IMG/VR virus record: IMGVR_UViG_3300031555_002573
Coordinates: 1 to 44,571 of that record
DNA from: a virus
Taxonomy: Duplodnaviria; Heunggongvirae; Uroviricota; Caudoviricetes
Reading direction: 5' to 3' (one strand)
Length of the DNA stretch: 44,571 nt
Shown: piece after piece, positions 1 to 9,724 of the stretch
Position numbering within the stretch: position 1 is the stretch's first letter
Layout of the letters: each line of letters starts with the position of its first letter
The notes under the pieces: generated by a model
The model's input: only the letters and a program-made list of their open reading frames with translations
The model's database searches: none
What the model was told of the DNA's origin: nothing
Made by a program: the position numbers and the translations under genes

Positions 1-630
1 TATGAAAGAATTAAAATTGGTGACGGAGTAAGGGATGTAAATTCACTACCTTTTAGTGATAATTCCGTAATGTCACTCATAGAAAAATTAGAAAATGATA
101 AATTGGATTCATCAGCATTGCCTACAACAGTTGACGATGCATTATCTCAAGCTAAAGCTAGTGGACAATTTGATGGAGAAGATGGCGTAACATTTACTCC
201 AGTAGTGAGTGGTAAAGGTGACTTGTCTTGGACAAATAATGGTGGTCTTCCTAATCCGACCCCAGTAAATATATTGGGTTTTGTATATAAAGGTTCTAAC
301 CCATTGGAGGCAGTGGGATTAGAGCAAGATACTCGTCAATTTTGGGCGGGAAAAGGTAGTGGATACTGGTGGATATCCGGATATAACAACTTGAAAGAAC
401 AACCATCTCAATATGGGTATTTGCTTAATATGTGTTATGGTACAGGTGAAACTTATCAAGTATTCTTTGGAGCGGCTCTTAATATTATTTGTGTTAGAAG
501 TGGCGGAGCTGGTTCTGCTAGAGACGACGGTTGGTATAGAGCCAATTCGTCCACAGAAGTAATATGGAGAGAACTTGTATTTGCAGATACATTAACACCT
601 TCTACTGAAAATGAAGTAGTTCCTTCATAA
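1..630 (+). CDS. Tail fibre / receptor-binding protein, 5'-truncated by the window edge
   Basis: The frame is open from base 1 (YERIKIGDGVRDVNSLPF...), so the gene starts upstream of the ATG at 70. It has a KIGDG...LP motif, the FTPVVSGKGDLSWTNNGGLPNP motif seen in Firmicute phage fibres, and a knob-like C-terminus (QPSQYGYLLN...QVFF...VRSG...GW). Confidence 0.65.
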   Translation, partial: YERIKIGDGVRDVNSLPFSDNSVMSLIEKLENDKLDSSALPTTVDDALSQAKASGQFDGEDGVTFTPVVSGKGDLSWTNNGGLPNPTPVNILGFVYKGSNPLEAVGLEQDTRQFWAGKGSGYWWISGYNNLKEQPSQYGYLLNMCYGTGETYQVFFGAALNIICVRSGGAGSARDDGWYRANSSTEVIWRELVFADTLTPSTENEVVPS

Positions 631-660
631 TCTATTGTTATAAATAAGGAGAGAATTATT

Positions 661-960
661 ATGGCACTTTCTAAAGTTATTACTAAAAACAACGGTATCA
701 CTACTTCTTATCACAAGGTAACTTCTGTTACTGTTTCTCAGGAAAATTATTTAACACTAGAAACTAATAAATGTGTTTATCTTAGTGTGGAACTTACTTC
801 CTATTTTAATGAAGAATATCGTCAAAATAGCGAAGCTATTGAAAGCAATAATTATTATTTTACTATTACTTCCGAAGAGGAAGAGTCAACAAGTGCTCGT
901 AAGCTTGCTTACAATAAGCTTAAGACACTACAACAATGGGCAGACGCAGTAAACTGCTAA
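661..960 (+). CDS. Small protein following the fibre gene, probable tail fibre assembly/chaperone
   Basis: AGGAGAG SD upstream. 99 aa, ending AYNKLKTL..WADA, a pattern typical of small fibre-associated phage proteins; position also fits. Confidence 0.45.
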   Translation: MALSKVITKNNGITTSYHKVTSVTVSQENYLTLETNKCVYLSVELTSYFNEEYRQNSEAIESNNYYFTITSEEEESTSARKLAYNKLKTLQQWADAVNC

Positions 961-992
961 ATATATAAAAAATATGAAAGAGGTTAATTAAA

Positions 993-2408
993 ATGGCTAC
1001 AAAAACAATCAACACACGTATAGTTCTTACTCATGATGAGTATTCTGCTTTGAGTGATAAAGTACTTAAAGCTGGTGAAGTAGTTCTTGCTAAAGTTGGA
1101 ACTACTGAGGCAAACGGTAAAGTATCCGAACCTATTTGGATGATGAAAGTTGGCGATGGCAATAGTACTGTCGCGGCTTGTCCTTGGTTAGTGGCTCCCG
1201 CTGCTGATGTTCACGAATGGGCAAAGAAAGCAGCTCTTGACGCTAATGACCTACCTGCTATCCCTGGTGACAAACTAGGCATTACTGTCACTGTAACTGG
1301 TGAAGGAAATGCTATTACTAATGCTTCTTGGGATGCAACTACAAAAACTCTTACCTTAACAAAAGGTGAAACTTTTGCTACAAAAGCAGAATTCGATGCA
1401 CACACCCAAGATACTGAAGCACATAAAGATACTACATATGAGGCTGGTACTAAGTTAGAGTTAGATGGCACAACTTTTAATCACACTGCTACAACTCGCA
1501 CAGATACCGCTGATGCTGCTGACGCAACTTTTGGTGGAACAATTGAAATTGTGGACAGTGTGTCTTCTGATGAAACAGGTCACATTACCGCTATCAACAA
1601 GAAAACAATTACACTTCCTACTCCTGATGAAGTAGTTCTTCCTACTGTTGAAGATACAGAAGTAGCAGGTCAAGTAGTTGTTGAAGTAGACCAAACTGCT
1701 GGCGCTATTGATGTTAAGCGCAAGGCACTTGAAGTAGTTCACGAAGATGGTCAGATTTATCTAACTATTGGTGGAACTAAAATTGGTACTGGATTCTCTG
1801 ATGCTGATTTCATTAAAGATGGATTCTTATCTAAGGTTGAAAAAGACACCACTACTAATGAAATTGTGTTCACTTGGAACACAGATGCTGGCTTAACTGA
1901 AACAAGAATTGACATTGATGAACTTGTTGAAGTTTATACAGCTGGTGATGGCATTGAAGTTGAGGACTATGTAATTTCTCACGCAAAACCTGCTACTGTT
2001 GCTACTAATGTAACTAAAACAGATAGAACTTATATTTCTGGTATTGAATTTGATGAGTTCGGTCATGTGACTAAAGTTGAGACAGGCGTTGAGACTGACC
2101 AAGACTTAACTCATAATCACGATGATGAGTATAAGAAGTTACAAACCGCTGTTGAAACAGTTGGAGCCGCTAATAAGACTTTACAAATTAGTCAAGATGC
2201 ACAAGGTGTTATTACTGCTACTCCTGTTGATATTGCTATCACAGCTGACCAAGTAACTGACCTTGATGTTGGTGTTACAAAAGTTACCACAACTGCTAAC
2301 AATGGATTGAAAGTCACTCCTGTAGCTGGTACTGGTGATGTAACTATCGACATTGATGACACTATTGTGTTTGTGTTGGATGGCGGAACATCTGCTAGAT
2401 TAGGTTAA
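993..2408 (+). CDS. Tail fibre-like structural protein
   Basis: GAGG SD. N-terminal LKAGE...MKVGDG...PW motif; Thr/Val/Gly/Asp-rich beta repeats (DETGHIT, DEFGHVT, DAQGVIT); ends LDGGTS. Confidence 0.6.
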   Translation: MATKTINTRIVLTHDEYSALSDKVLKAGEVVLAKVGTTEANGKVSEPIWMMKVGDGNSTVAACPWLVAPAADVHEWAKKAALDANDLPAIPGDKLGITVTVTGEGNAITNASWDATTKTLTLTKGETFATKAEFDAHTQDTEAHKDTTYEAGTKLELDGTTFNHTATTRTDTADAADATFGGTIEIVDSVSSDETGHITAINKKTITLPTPDEVVLPTVEDTEVAGQVVVEVDQTAGAIDVKRKALEVVHEDGQIYLTIGGTKIGTGFSDADFIKDGFLSKVEKDTTTNEIVFTWNTDAGLTETRIDIDELVEVYTAGDGIEVEDYVISHAKPATVATNVTKTDRTYISGIEFDEFGHVTKVETGVETDQDLTHNHDDEYKKLQTAVETVGAANKTLQISQDAQGVITATPVDIAITADQVTDLDVGVTKVTTTANNGLKVTPVAGTGDVTIDIDDTIVFVLDGGTSARLG

Positions 2409-2443
2409 TTTAGATTAATTTTAATATTTTATTGAGATAATTT

Positions 2444-2485
2444 AAAATAATAGCGGGTTATTTCATTAATCCGCTATTATTTTTT
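2444..2485 (+). terminator. Intrinsic terminator, possibly bidirectional
   Basis: AAAATAATAGCGGGTTA-loop-TAATCCGCTATTATTTT stem followed by a T-tract, just after the 993..2408 gene. Confidence 0.8.
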
Positions 2486-2501
2486 AACTTTGATAATTTT
2501 T

Positions 2502-2510
2502 TATTGTATA
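2502..2510 (+). promoter_or_regulatory. TATTGTATA motif (candidate phage-specific promoter)
   Basis: Exact copy of a recurring intergenic 9-mer, about 45 nt before ATG 2555 and just after a terminator. Confidence 0.5.
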
Positions 2511-2554
2511 TATTATTTAGAAAGATTATCCTTTTGAAAGGGGATATTTTATAA

Positions 2555-4321
2555 ATGGATAAAATGACAAAGAAGACAGAAAACAACACTTCATTAGTAT
2601 CCTTTGGTAGCTATGACTGGAATAAGGGTGTAGATGGTAAATTTTGGGAAAATGATTCTACCCCCCTTGACGCAGACAATATGAACTCCATTCATGTTAG
2701 CGTAAAAAATATAGACAGTAAAGTCTATGAAAATTCTGCCAAAATTGGAAATTTAGAGTCAGAAGTAGAAGAAAACAATACTGCTATTTCAAGCTTATCC
2801 GAAGTTGTTGGTGGATGGGACAAAGAGGATAAAGACTCTACAATATCCGAAGCATTAGAGAATCTTATAGAAGAAGTAGGCAATATTCCTGAAGTTCCGA
2901 GTATGGAGGATATTGAGAATGAACTATCAAGTTTGTTTCAACCAATAACAGGTAGAGTTACTTCCATCGATGATACTGCTACAAACGAACAATATCCGTC
3001 AGCAAAAGCTGTTTTGAACGCCATCTCTGCTTTACCGAATGGCGGAAGTTACTTAAATGTAATGAACAGTACTGGGGATTATTCAATAGTGACTAGAACA
3101 GACCCTGGAAGCTCAGATGGTGCTAATGTTGCTAATGCCCCATCTTCTGTAGCGTTGGGATGGGGTAATAACATACAAACAGACCCAAACGCTGACGGAA
3201 AAACTCAATGTGCTTTTGCTATGGGAAGTGGCAATATAATTGGTGGTGAGAAAGGTGAGGCAGGATGTTCTGTGGCTCTTGGTTATAAGAACGAGTGTTA
3301 TGGAAATACATCTTTTTCCTTTGGTTCTGAAAATATCGCGTCAAGAGCAAATTCATTTGCTATGGGCTTAAAATGTACTACAGGTGGAAAAAACTCAATG
3401 GCGATGGGAGAATACTGCCATACCGAAGCTGACTATTCTATTGCGACAGGAAAAAGTAGTTACTCTCAAAAGATTTTCGCTTTCTCTCACGGTGAAAACT
3501 GTATTGCTGCTGGAAACAACTCAATAGCAATGGGGTATCATTGTTTATCAGAAGCAATGTCTTCTGTAGCTATTGGAGCCGGTACTCATGCAAGTGCGAA
3601 TTGCTCAGTGGCGTTTGGTTATAACACTATGGCAGAGTATGACAGTCAGTTTGTGTGTGGAAAGTTCAACGCAGGCACAACAATGGGAGGAGTTTCACCA
3701 GCATTTGAGGTCGGAATAGGAACAGAAGAAGCTCGTAAGAGCGGTTTTGTAGTTTATAGTAATGGTGATGTTAAAGTAGACCGTAATTGTAGCGTTGGTG
3801 GCAATATCGAAGTAGCTGGAATGTCACTATTTTATGGCTCTGCTAGATTTGATAAGGGAATTACATCACTTGGAAATAGCACTTTTGAAAATGCTGAAGT
3901 AAGGGGCTCTATAGACATAGGCAACCTTAAAATATCTGGTAAACCTGTTTTAAAGGTGCTTTATAATGATTACACACCTATACCTGAGGATGGTAGCGAG
4001 TCTATCGTATTTGAAGGAATAGACGATTACACATTGTTCTTAATAGACGATGTTTTATTTAAAAAGGAGAACGACTACTTAACAGCTTCAATATCAAATA
4101 TTGAGTCAATAGGTGATACCATAGACATAGAAAATACTTATTATAAAATTAAAATTTACGATGATGGAAATGGGAATAAAGGACTTTATATTTCAAATAA
4201 CCCTACAGATGGTTCAAACCCATCAAAAATGACAGCATATGTTCCATTAATTGGTAACACATCACCTGAAATTTTCTCAGGCACCATACTGTATGTGAAT
4301 ACTATTATAGGTGTTTACTAA
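2555..4321 (+). CDS. Fibre/adhesin with a coiled-coil stalk and YadA-head-like (Hep_Hag) repeats
   Basis: N-terminal WENDSTPLDADNMN attachment-like motif and coiled coil; YPSAKAV motif; about 10 tandem ~14-aa repeats (SVALG, AFAMG, SFSFG, SFAMG, SMAMG, SIATG, AFSHG, SIAMG, SVAIG, SVAFG), then QFVCGKFN...FEVGIG. Confidence 0.7.
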   Translation: MDKMTKKTENNTSLVSFGSYDWNKGVDGKFWENDSTPLDADNMNSIHVSVKNIDSKVYENSAKIGNLESEVEENNTAISSLSEVVGGWDKEDKDSTISEALENLIEEVGNIPEVPSMEDIENELSSLFQPITGRVTSIDDTATNEQYPSAKAVLNAISALPNGGSYLNVMNSTGDYSIVTRTDPGSSDGANVANAPSSVALGWGNNIQTDPNADGKTQCAFAMGSGNIIGGEKGEAGCSVALGYKNECYGNTSFSFGSENIASRANSFAMGLKCTTGGKNSMAMGEYCHTEADYSIATGKSSYSQKIFAFSHGENCIAAGNNSIAMGYHCLSEAMSSVAIGAGTHASANCSVAFGYNTMAEYDSQFVCGKFNAGTTMGGVSPAFEVGIGTEEARKSGFVVYSNGDVKVDRNCSVGGNIEVAGMSLFYGSARFDKGITSLGNSTFENAEVRGSIDIGNLKISGKPVLKVLYNDYTPIPEDGSESIVFEGIDDYTLFLIDDVLFKKENDYLTASISNIESIGDTIDIENTYYKIKIYDDGNGNKGLYISNNPTDGSNPSKMTAYVPLIGNTSPEIFSGTILYVNTIIGVY

Positions 4322-4378
4322 TTAAAATAGTTAACTATTGTTTTTATTAATATAAATTGACATAGGAGATGATAAAAT

Positions 4379-4726
4379 ATGGATAATGAAAAAGAAAAGA
4401 AACAAAGTGAAAAGCCAAAAAAGAAAGTGTCCAACATAATGTTAGTACTTATCTGTGTGATGATTACTTTATATGCGGCTGCTAACTTTATACTTCAGTA
4501 TTTTTCTGGTGTTGAAGTTAGTCCCACTCTTACAGGAGCTTGGTTTACTTTCTGGACAGTAGAAATTGTAGCACTTGCGGCTATTAAAACTACAAAAGTA
4601 AAAAATGAAAAATCCAATAACACTACTTCAGAAAATGAGGCTGTGTGTGACAACGAATTTGATAGTGTTACCGAATTTGATTGTGTTACTGAATACAATT
4701 GTGAAGAAACAATTGAAAAACATTAA
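4379..4726 (+). CDS. Two-TM membrane protein, possible holin/antiholin
   Basis: AGGAG SD; two hydrophobic segments flanked by basic residues; adjacent to the holin-like gene. Confidence 0.5.
   Translation: MDNEKEKKQSEKPKKKVSNIMLVLICVMITLYAAANFILQYFSGVEVSPTLTGAWFTFWTVEIVALAAIKTTKVKNEKSNNTTSENEAVCDNEFDSVTEFDCVTEYNCEETIEKH
4655..4708 (+). repeat. Three degenerate in-frame 18-bp tandem repeats
   Basis: gaatttgatagtgttacc / gaatttgattgtgttact / gaatacaattgtgaagaa, encoding EFDSVT-EFDCVT-EYNCEE. Confidence 0.75.
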
Positions 4727-4743
4727 TTAAGGAGAGAATAATA

Positions 4744-5142
4744 ATGACTTGGGAAAACATTTCACCTGACCTTTATAACTATGTTTTATTTCCTTTAATT
4801 GGAATATTAACTACATTTGTATGTGTATTTATTACTTGTAAGATTTCACAACTAAAGAAACGAACTGACAATGAAACAACACATAAGTACTTGGATATGC
4901 TAGATAAAACAATTACTGACTGTGTATTATCAACCACACAAACTTATGTGGACACATTGAAAAAACAAGGCACTTTTGATGTGGAGGCTCAAAAAGAAGC
5001 TCTAAATCAAACATATCAAAATGTTTTGAAACTTCTTACAGATGAAGCGAAGAAATATTTAAGCAATGTGATTGGTGACTTGAATGTTTATATTTTGAAC
5101 AAGATTGAGTCAGAAGTTAAAGTCACCAAACAGTCTTTTTAA
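4744..5142 (+). CDS. Holin, LL-H-like
   Basis: One N-terminal TM helix, then a helical domain with QTYVDTLKKQG.F..EAQKEA and KIESEV, characteristic of Firmicute phage LL-H-type holins. Confidence 0.6.
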   Translation: MTWENISPDLYNYVLFPLIGILTTFVCVFITCKISQLKKRTDNETTHKYLDMLDKTITDCVLSTTQTYVDTLKKQGTFDVEAQKEALNQTYQNVLKLLTDEAKKYLSNVIGDLNVYILNKIESEVKVTKQSF

Positions 5143-5164
5143 GAATCATAGTTAAAATAATTTT

Positions 5165-5204
5165 ATGTAGAGGTAGAGTAAATACACTCTTCCTCTACAT
5201 TTTT
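5165..5204 (+). terminator. Intrinsic terminator
   Basis: ATGTAGAGGTAGAGT-loop-ACTCTTCCTCTACAT followed by TTTT, after the holin. Confidence 0.8.
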
Positions 5205-5212
5205 AATTGAAA

Positions 5213-5221
5213 TATTGTATA
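5213..5221 (+). promoter_or_regulatory. TATTGTATA motif (candidate phage-specific promoter)
   Basis: Exact motif about 43 nt before ATG 5264, right after a terminator. Confidence 0.5.
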
Positions 5222-5263
5222 TATATTATATAAGTGAAAATATTTTTAAAGGTGTAAATATAT

Positions 5264-5749
5264 ATGAAAGATTTACAATTTGTGCAAGATGCTTTCAAAC
5301 AATCAGTACATAATACAGTTTCAATTGAGGCTGCCGCAAATGCCATCATAGCAGATAAGATGAGAAGAATGACACCTCAAAAATGGGATGATGTGTTAAA
5401 CTATGTAAATAGTTTAAAATTTCCTCTTGTCGTTTATCGTGGCTTTAAGTACCTTAACGGCAAAGATGATGTTAGATTGTCTCCAAAAGACTTGGGAATA
5501 AACTGGACTATTGATAAAGAATTATTTAGAAGTAATGATTCTCATTTCAATAATTGTGATTACATTACTGTAGGTGAAATTACTGAGGACCAAGTAGATT
5601 GGGTACAAACTATACAAAATTATATTTATTACTCCTTAGATAAGATTTCAGGTAGGTATCCAGAAAAAGAAGTTACTTTGAAAGGACATCAACTACCGAG
5701 AAATTTAATAGGAGTATTTTCTAAAGAGGAACTATTTAATAACTATTAA
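5264..5749 (+). CDS. Putative ADP-ribosyltransferase-fold protein
   Basis: Ordered motifs VVYRG ... LGINWT ... PEKEVTL resemble the R / aromatic-S-T / ExE signature of ART folds. Confidence 0.45.
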   Translation: MKDLQFVQDAFKQSVHNTVSIEAAANAIIADKMRRMTPQKWDDVLNYVNSLKFPLVVYRGFKYLNGKDDVRLSPKDLGINWTIDKELFRSNDSHFNNCDYITVGEITEDQVDWVQTIQNYIYYSLDKISGRYPEKEVTLKGHQLPRNLIGVFSKEELFNNY

Positions 5750-5769
5750 TCAAGGGAATGGTCAAGTAG

Positions 5770-7812
5770 ATGATATCTAATGAGCATATGAAACTAAATT
5801 CCTTATCTGACAGTGAAAAAGAATTAGCAATGAAAATTTTGCAACAACTTTCCACTGACGGTAAATCTGATTTATATAATGACTTACTATATTCAGACTA
5901 CGAAGAGATACCAGTAGATATAGAAACTTTTTTGAGAGACCCTAATTATCTAGGAAAAGGTCTTATAAATGATGAGGGAAAATTCACTGTTTATCCATAC
6001 TGGGTAAAAACATTAAAAAAGATTTTCCCAAATCCTCTAGAGCCATCTGCCTACAATACATTAGCTCTATCTGGTGCTATCGGTCTTGGTAAATCATTCG
6101 TAGCCGTTCTATGTGGTTTATATGAACTATATAGAATGATGTGTTTGAAAGACCCTTATCTGCATTATGGATTACAACCAATTGATAAAATTACATTTGC
6201 TGTGATTAACATAACATTGGATGCGGCAAGAGGTGTTGGTTGGGATAAAATGCAACAACTACTACAATCGTCACCTTGGTTTATGTCCAAAGGAACAATT
6301 ACAGGCACAACAAATATTACTTGGAATCCTCCTAAGGGAATCGAACTTATTCCTGGCTCTTTGTCAAGACATATAATTGGTCGAGCAGTTTATTGGGCAT
6401 TTTTCGACGAAGTTTCATTTCAACCAAACCAAGATGTAAATAAGCAAAAAGAAAAAGCTAAAGCATTAGTAAATACTGCGTCAGCTCGTATGCAATCTCG
6501 TTTTATGAAAGGCGAGAAAAATCCTACCTTATTGGTTTTGGCTTCATCAAAAAGAACTGAACAATCCTATATGGAAACATTCATAGAAGGAAAGAAAAAA
6601 CAAGACAGTAAAACAACTTTAATAATTGATGAGCCTCAATGGGTAATTAGAACAGATAAGGATAGTCCGAATAAATTTAAAGTTGCTATTGGAAATAAAT
6701 TTTTAAGTTCAGAAGTGGTACCACTTAATTACACAGAACAAGACTTAAAAATTTATCGAGATAGAGGATATACTCTATTAGATGTTCCAATGGGATACTA
6801 TGAGAGCGCAATAGATGACATCGATGTTTTTTTGACAGAATCTGCCGGTATATCTACTTCAAGTTCAAATAGATATATTTCTGGACCAAGAATAGCCGCT
6901 GTTAAGAAAGTTAATGTAAATAATGCCTTTAGAAAAGATGAGATAGAAGTAGGCAATGGAAAAGAAGATAATGCTCAATATTGGGATTTCTTTGATATTG
7001 AAAAAATAGACCCAAGATTGAAGTATAAGCCATTGTATATACATATGGATATGTCTGTAAGTGGGGACAAAACTGGTATTGCTGGTGTATTTATTGCTGG
7101 TAAGAAACCTCCCACAGAAGGACAGCCAGCATCAAAAGACTTATTATATTCTTTAGGATTTTCTGTTTCAGTGAAGGCACCAAAAGGACATCAAATATCC
7201 TTTGAAAAGAATAGACAATTTATATACTGGTTAAGAGAACAAGGATTTAATATAAAGGGAATTAGCACTGACACATATCAAAGCGTTGATACTGGTCAAC
7301 AACTTGGAGCAAAGGGATTTAACTACTCAGTTATATCCGTGGATAGGGTAGATTCAGATAGAATTTGTAAGCCTTATCAATATTTTAGAAGTACTATTTA
7401 TGAAGAAAGAATAGAGTTGTATGATTCTCAACTACTGACAGATGAACTTATTGGTCTCGAAAGAGACAATAACAGTGGAAAGATTGACCATAGTCAGGCA
7501 GGAATTAACTCAAAGGATATGGCTGACGCAGTTTGTGGTGCGATATGGAATGCTTCTCAAAACGCGGAACAATTTGCTTTTGAATATGGAGAAGATATAG
7601 AGTCAACCATTGAAGTTAGCTCTAATTCAAACTACGACAATAAAACTCAAGTAATCCTAGATTTTGAAAATGAGTTGAAAAAAGTACATTCAACCAGTTT
7701 TGAGAAAAATATTGAAACTACTACTGGTGCCGGCTTGACAGACTTCGGTATGGGAAGAGCGACAACAAATTATAATTCAAATTATATGTCACAAGGCATA
7801 GTAATTTGGTAA
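5770..7812 (+). CDS. terL: Terminase large subunit
   Basis: Walker A GAIGLGKS, Walker B AFFDE, coupling motif LASS, RNase H-like nuclease HMDMSVSGDKTG ... SKDMADAV; directly upstream of the portal. Confidence 0.92.
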   Translation: MISNEHMKLNSLSDSEKELAMKILQQLSTDGKSDLYNDLLYSDYEEIPVDIETFLRDPNYLGKGLINDEGKFTVYPYWVKTLKKIFPNPLEPSAYNTLALSGAIGLGKSFVAVLCGLYELYRMMCLKDPYLHYGLQPIDKITFAVINITLDAARGVGWDKMQQLLQSSPWFMSKGTITGTTNITWNPPKGIELIPGSLSRHIIGRAVYWAFFDEVSFQPNQDVNKQKEKAKALVNTASARMQSRFMKGEKNPTLLVLASSKRTEQSYMETFIEGKKKQDSKTTLIIDEPQWVIRTDKDSPNKFKVAIGNKFLSSEVVPLNYTEQDLKIYRDRGYTLLDVPMGYYESAIDDIDVFLTESAGISTSSSNRYISGPRIAAVKKVNVNNAFRKDEIEVGNGKEDNAQYWDFFDIEKIDPRLKYKPLYIHMDMSVSGDKTGIAGVFIAGKKPPTEGQPASKDLLYSLGFSVSVKAPKGHQISFEKNRQFIYWLREQGFNIKGISTDTYQSVDTGQQLGAKGFNYSVISVDRVDSDRICKPYQYFRSTIYEERIELYDSQLLTDELIGLERDNNSGKIDHSQAGINSKDMADAVCGAIWNASQNAEQFAFEYGEDIESTIEVSSNSNYDNKTQVILDFENELKKVHSTSFEKNIETTTGAGLTDFGMGRATTNYNSNYMSQGIVIW

Positions 7813-7822
7813 GGAGTAACAT

Positions 7823-9682
7823 ATGGAAAATAATACAACCGCATTTGTAAATGATGAGAAGATATATAATTCTCCCATACAAAGCGTTCCAAAACCTGAA
7901 AAAAATATAGGTATAGATACTAAAGATGTATTTTTTGACAACATCGCAAATGCGGGATTGTCCAGTTCATTGGACATTAGTGCATTAGAATCATTCAATC
8001 AAGTAGCACAATCAAGAGACCAACTATATGCGATGTTGGATACAATGTCTCAAGATTCTATGGTATCTGCCGTATTAGAAACTTATGCAGAAGATGCCAC
8101 AGAATATAATGATAATGGTAGAATAGTTTGGGCAGAATCTACAGATGGAGATATTGCAAAGTACATAACTTTTTTGATTGACACAATTGGTGTGGACAAA
8201 CATATTTATAAATGGGTTTACAGTTTATGTAAATATGGTGATGTTTACTTAAAATTATTTAGAGAATCAGAAACAAAAGATTTGTTGTTTACAAACGATA
8301 AGGACAAAAAATTAAATGAGGATGTAAACATTAAAGCTTTTTCTAAAAATGATAGATATACTCATTATTTAGAGATGATGCCAAATCCAGCAGAGATGTT
8401 TGAATTGACTAAGCTTGGAAAAAGTTATGGCTACATTAAATCAACCATAAGAACCCCATCTCTTACCAATGATAATCTACAAAACCCATATTTTAGATAT
8501 AAATTTAAAAAGTCTGACATAGATGTATATAATGCCACAGAATATGTACACGCATGTTTAGATGATAATTCATCTAGAACACCAGAAGAAGTGAGCATAT
8601 TTTTGGATGACACAAAAGATTCAGCTGCACTTTCTTATTCTGTAAGAAGAGGTCAGTCTTTATTGTACAATGTATTTAAGGTTTGGAGAGAGTTAAGTTT
8701 ATTAGAAAACTCTGTTCTTTTGAATCGTATTACTAAATCTTCTATTACAAGAGTTATAAATGTGCAAGTAGGAGATATGCCAAAAGAGGCAGTAGGACCA
8801 CACCTTACAGGAATAAAGAACTTAATAGAGCAAAAATCTGCATTAGATTCAGGTAATGGGTTGTATGAGTATACAAACCCAGGCCCTGTTGAAAACAACA
8901 TTTATGTCCCTGTAAGAGGAGAACAAGGTGGAATCTCTACCACTCAAATAGGCGGAGATGTTGATGTTAAATCCTTATCAGATTTGGATTATTTTAAAAA
9001 TAAGTTTTTTGGAGCATTGAGAGTTCCAAAACAATATTTTGGTGATACAGATGACGGAGCAGGATTTAATGGAGGTCAATCATTATCTATAATATCAAGT
9101 AGATACGCAAAGGCAATAAAAAGAATTCAAAACACAATATTGCAGGCTTTAACTGATGCCATAAATCTTATGTTATTAGATAAAGGCTTGGATAGTTATG
9201 TTAATAAGTTTGAACTACACATGTTGCCTCCAACAACACAAGAAGAAATTGACAGAAGAGCGAATTTATCTTCCAAAATTCAAATTGCCACAGACATTAT
9301 GAACACTCTTGGTGAAATGGAAGACCCAATAGCAAAGATAAAGATTTTAAAATCATTACTGTCTAATGTGGTCTCAGACACGGATATAATTCAAATACTT
9401 GAAACTTATATTGAAGAAATGGAAGCTAAATTATTCAAAGAGAATGCAGAATCTTCTGATATGGAAAATTCTGAAGATACTGCTTCAGACTCAATGGATT
9501 TTGGTGGTGGTTCTTCCAGCGGTGGAATGCAAGATGACTTGCTAGGTGATTTTGGAGACACAGACTCAATGTCGGATGAGGCAGAAGACATTGATAGTGA
9601 AGAAACTTCTGGAGATGAAACTATATTGCCAAGTCCATCCGATTTAGATTTAGACCTGACTGACAATGATAGTGAAATATAA
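7823..9682 (+). CDS. Portal protein (T4 gp20-like)
   Basis: Follows TerL. Motifs LCKYGDVY, G.SLL...WRELSLLENSVLLNRIT, RVINVQVGDMP, DLDYFKNKFFGALRVPKQY; acidic disordered C-tail. Confidence 0.9.
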   Translation: MENNTTAFVNDEKIYNSPIQSVPKPEKNIGIDTKDVFFDNIANAGLSSSLDISALESFNQVAQSRDQLYAMLDTMSQDSMVSAVLETYAEDATEYNDNGRIVWAESTDGDIAKYITFLIDTIGVDKHIYKWVYSLCKYGDVYLKLFRESETKDLLFTNDKDKKLNEDVNIKAFSKNDRYTHYLEMMPNPAEMFELTKLGKSYGYIKSTIRTPSLTNDNLQNPYFRYKFKKSDIDVYNATEYVHACLDDNSSRTPEEVSIFLDDTKDSAALSYSVRRGQSLLYNVFKVWRELSLLENSVLLNRITKSSITRVINVQVGDMPKEAVGPHLTGIKNLIEQKSALDSGNGLYEYTNPGPVENNIYVPVRGEQGGISTTQIGGDVDVKSLSDLDYFKNKFFGALRVPKQYFGDTDDGAGFNGGQSLSIISSRYAKAIKRIQNTILQALTDAINLMLLDKGLDSYVNKFELHMLPPTTQEEIDRRANLSSKIQIATDIMNTLGEMEDPIAKIKILKSLLSNVVSDTDIIQILETYIEEMEAKLFKENAESSDMENSEDTASDSMDFGGGSSSGGMQDDLLGDFGDTDSMSDEAEDIDSEETSGDETILPSPSDLDLDLTDNDSEI

Positions 9683-9724
9683 TTAGCTTATGTAGGTAAT
9701 ACCTTGTAGGAGATGTAAACAAAA

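Noticed and set aside
1..4321. Diversity-generating retroelement acting on fibre genes
   Set aside because: No reverse transcriptase and no template/variable repeat pair seen in this window; cannot be excluded elsewhere in the genome.
5264..5749. Small terminase subunit assignment by position
   Set aside because: No HTH or oligomerisation-helix pattern recognised; the motifs fit an ART-like fold better. TerS remains unidentified.
5770..7812. Intein or intron in terminase (also checked helicases)
   Set aside because: Lengths and motif spacing are normal; no intein boundary or homing-endonuclease motifs seen.
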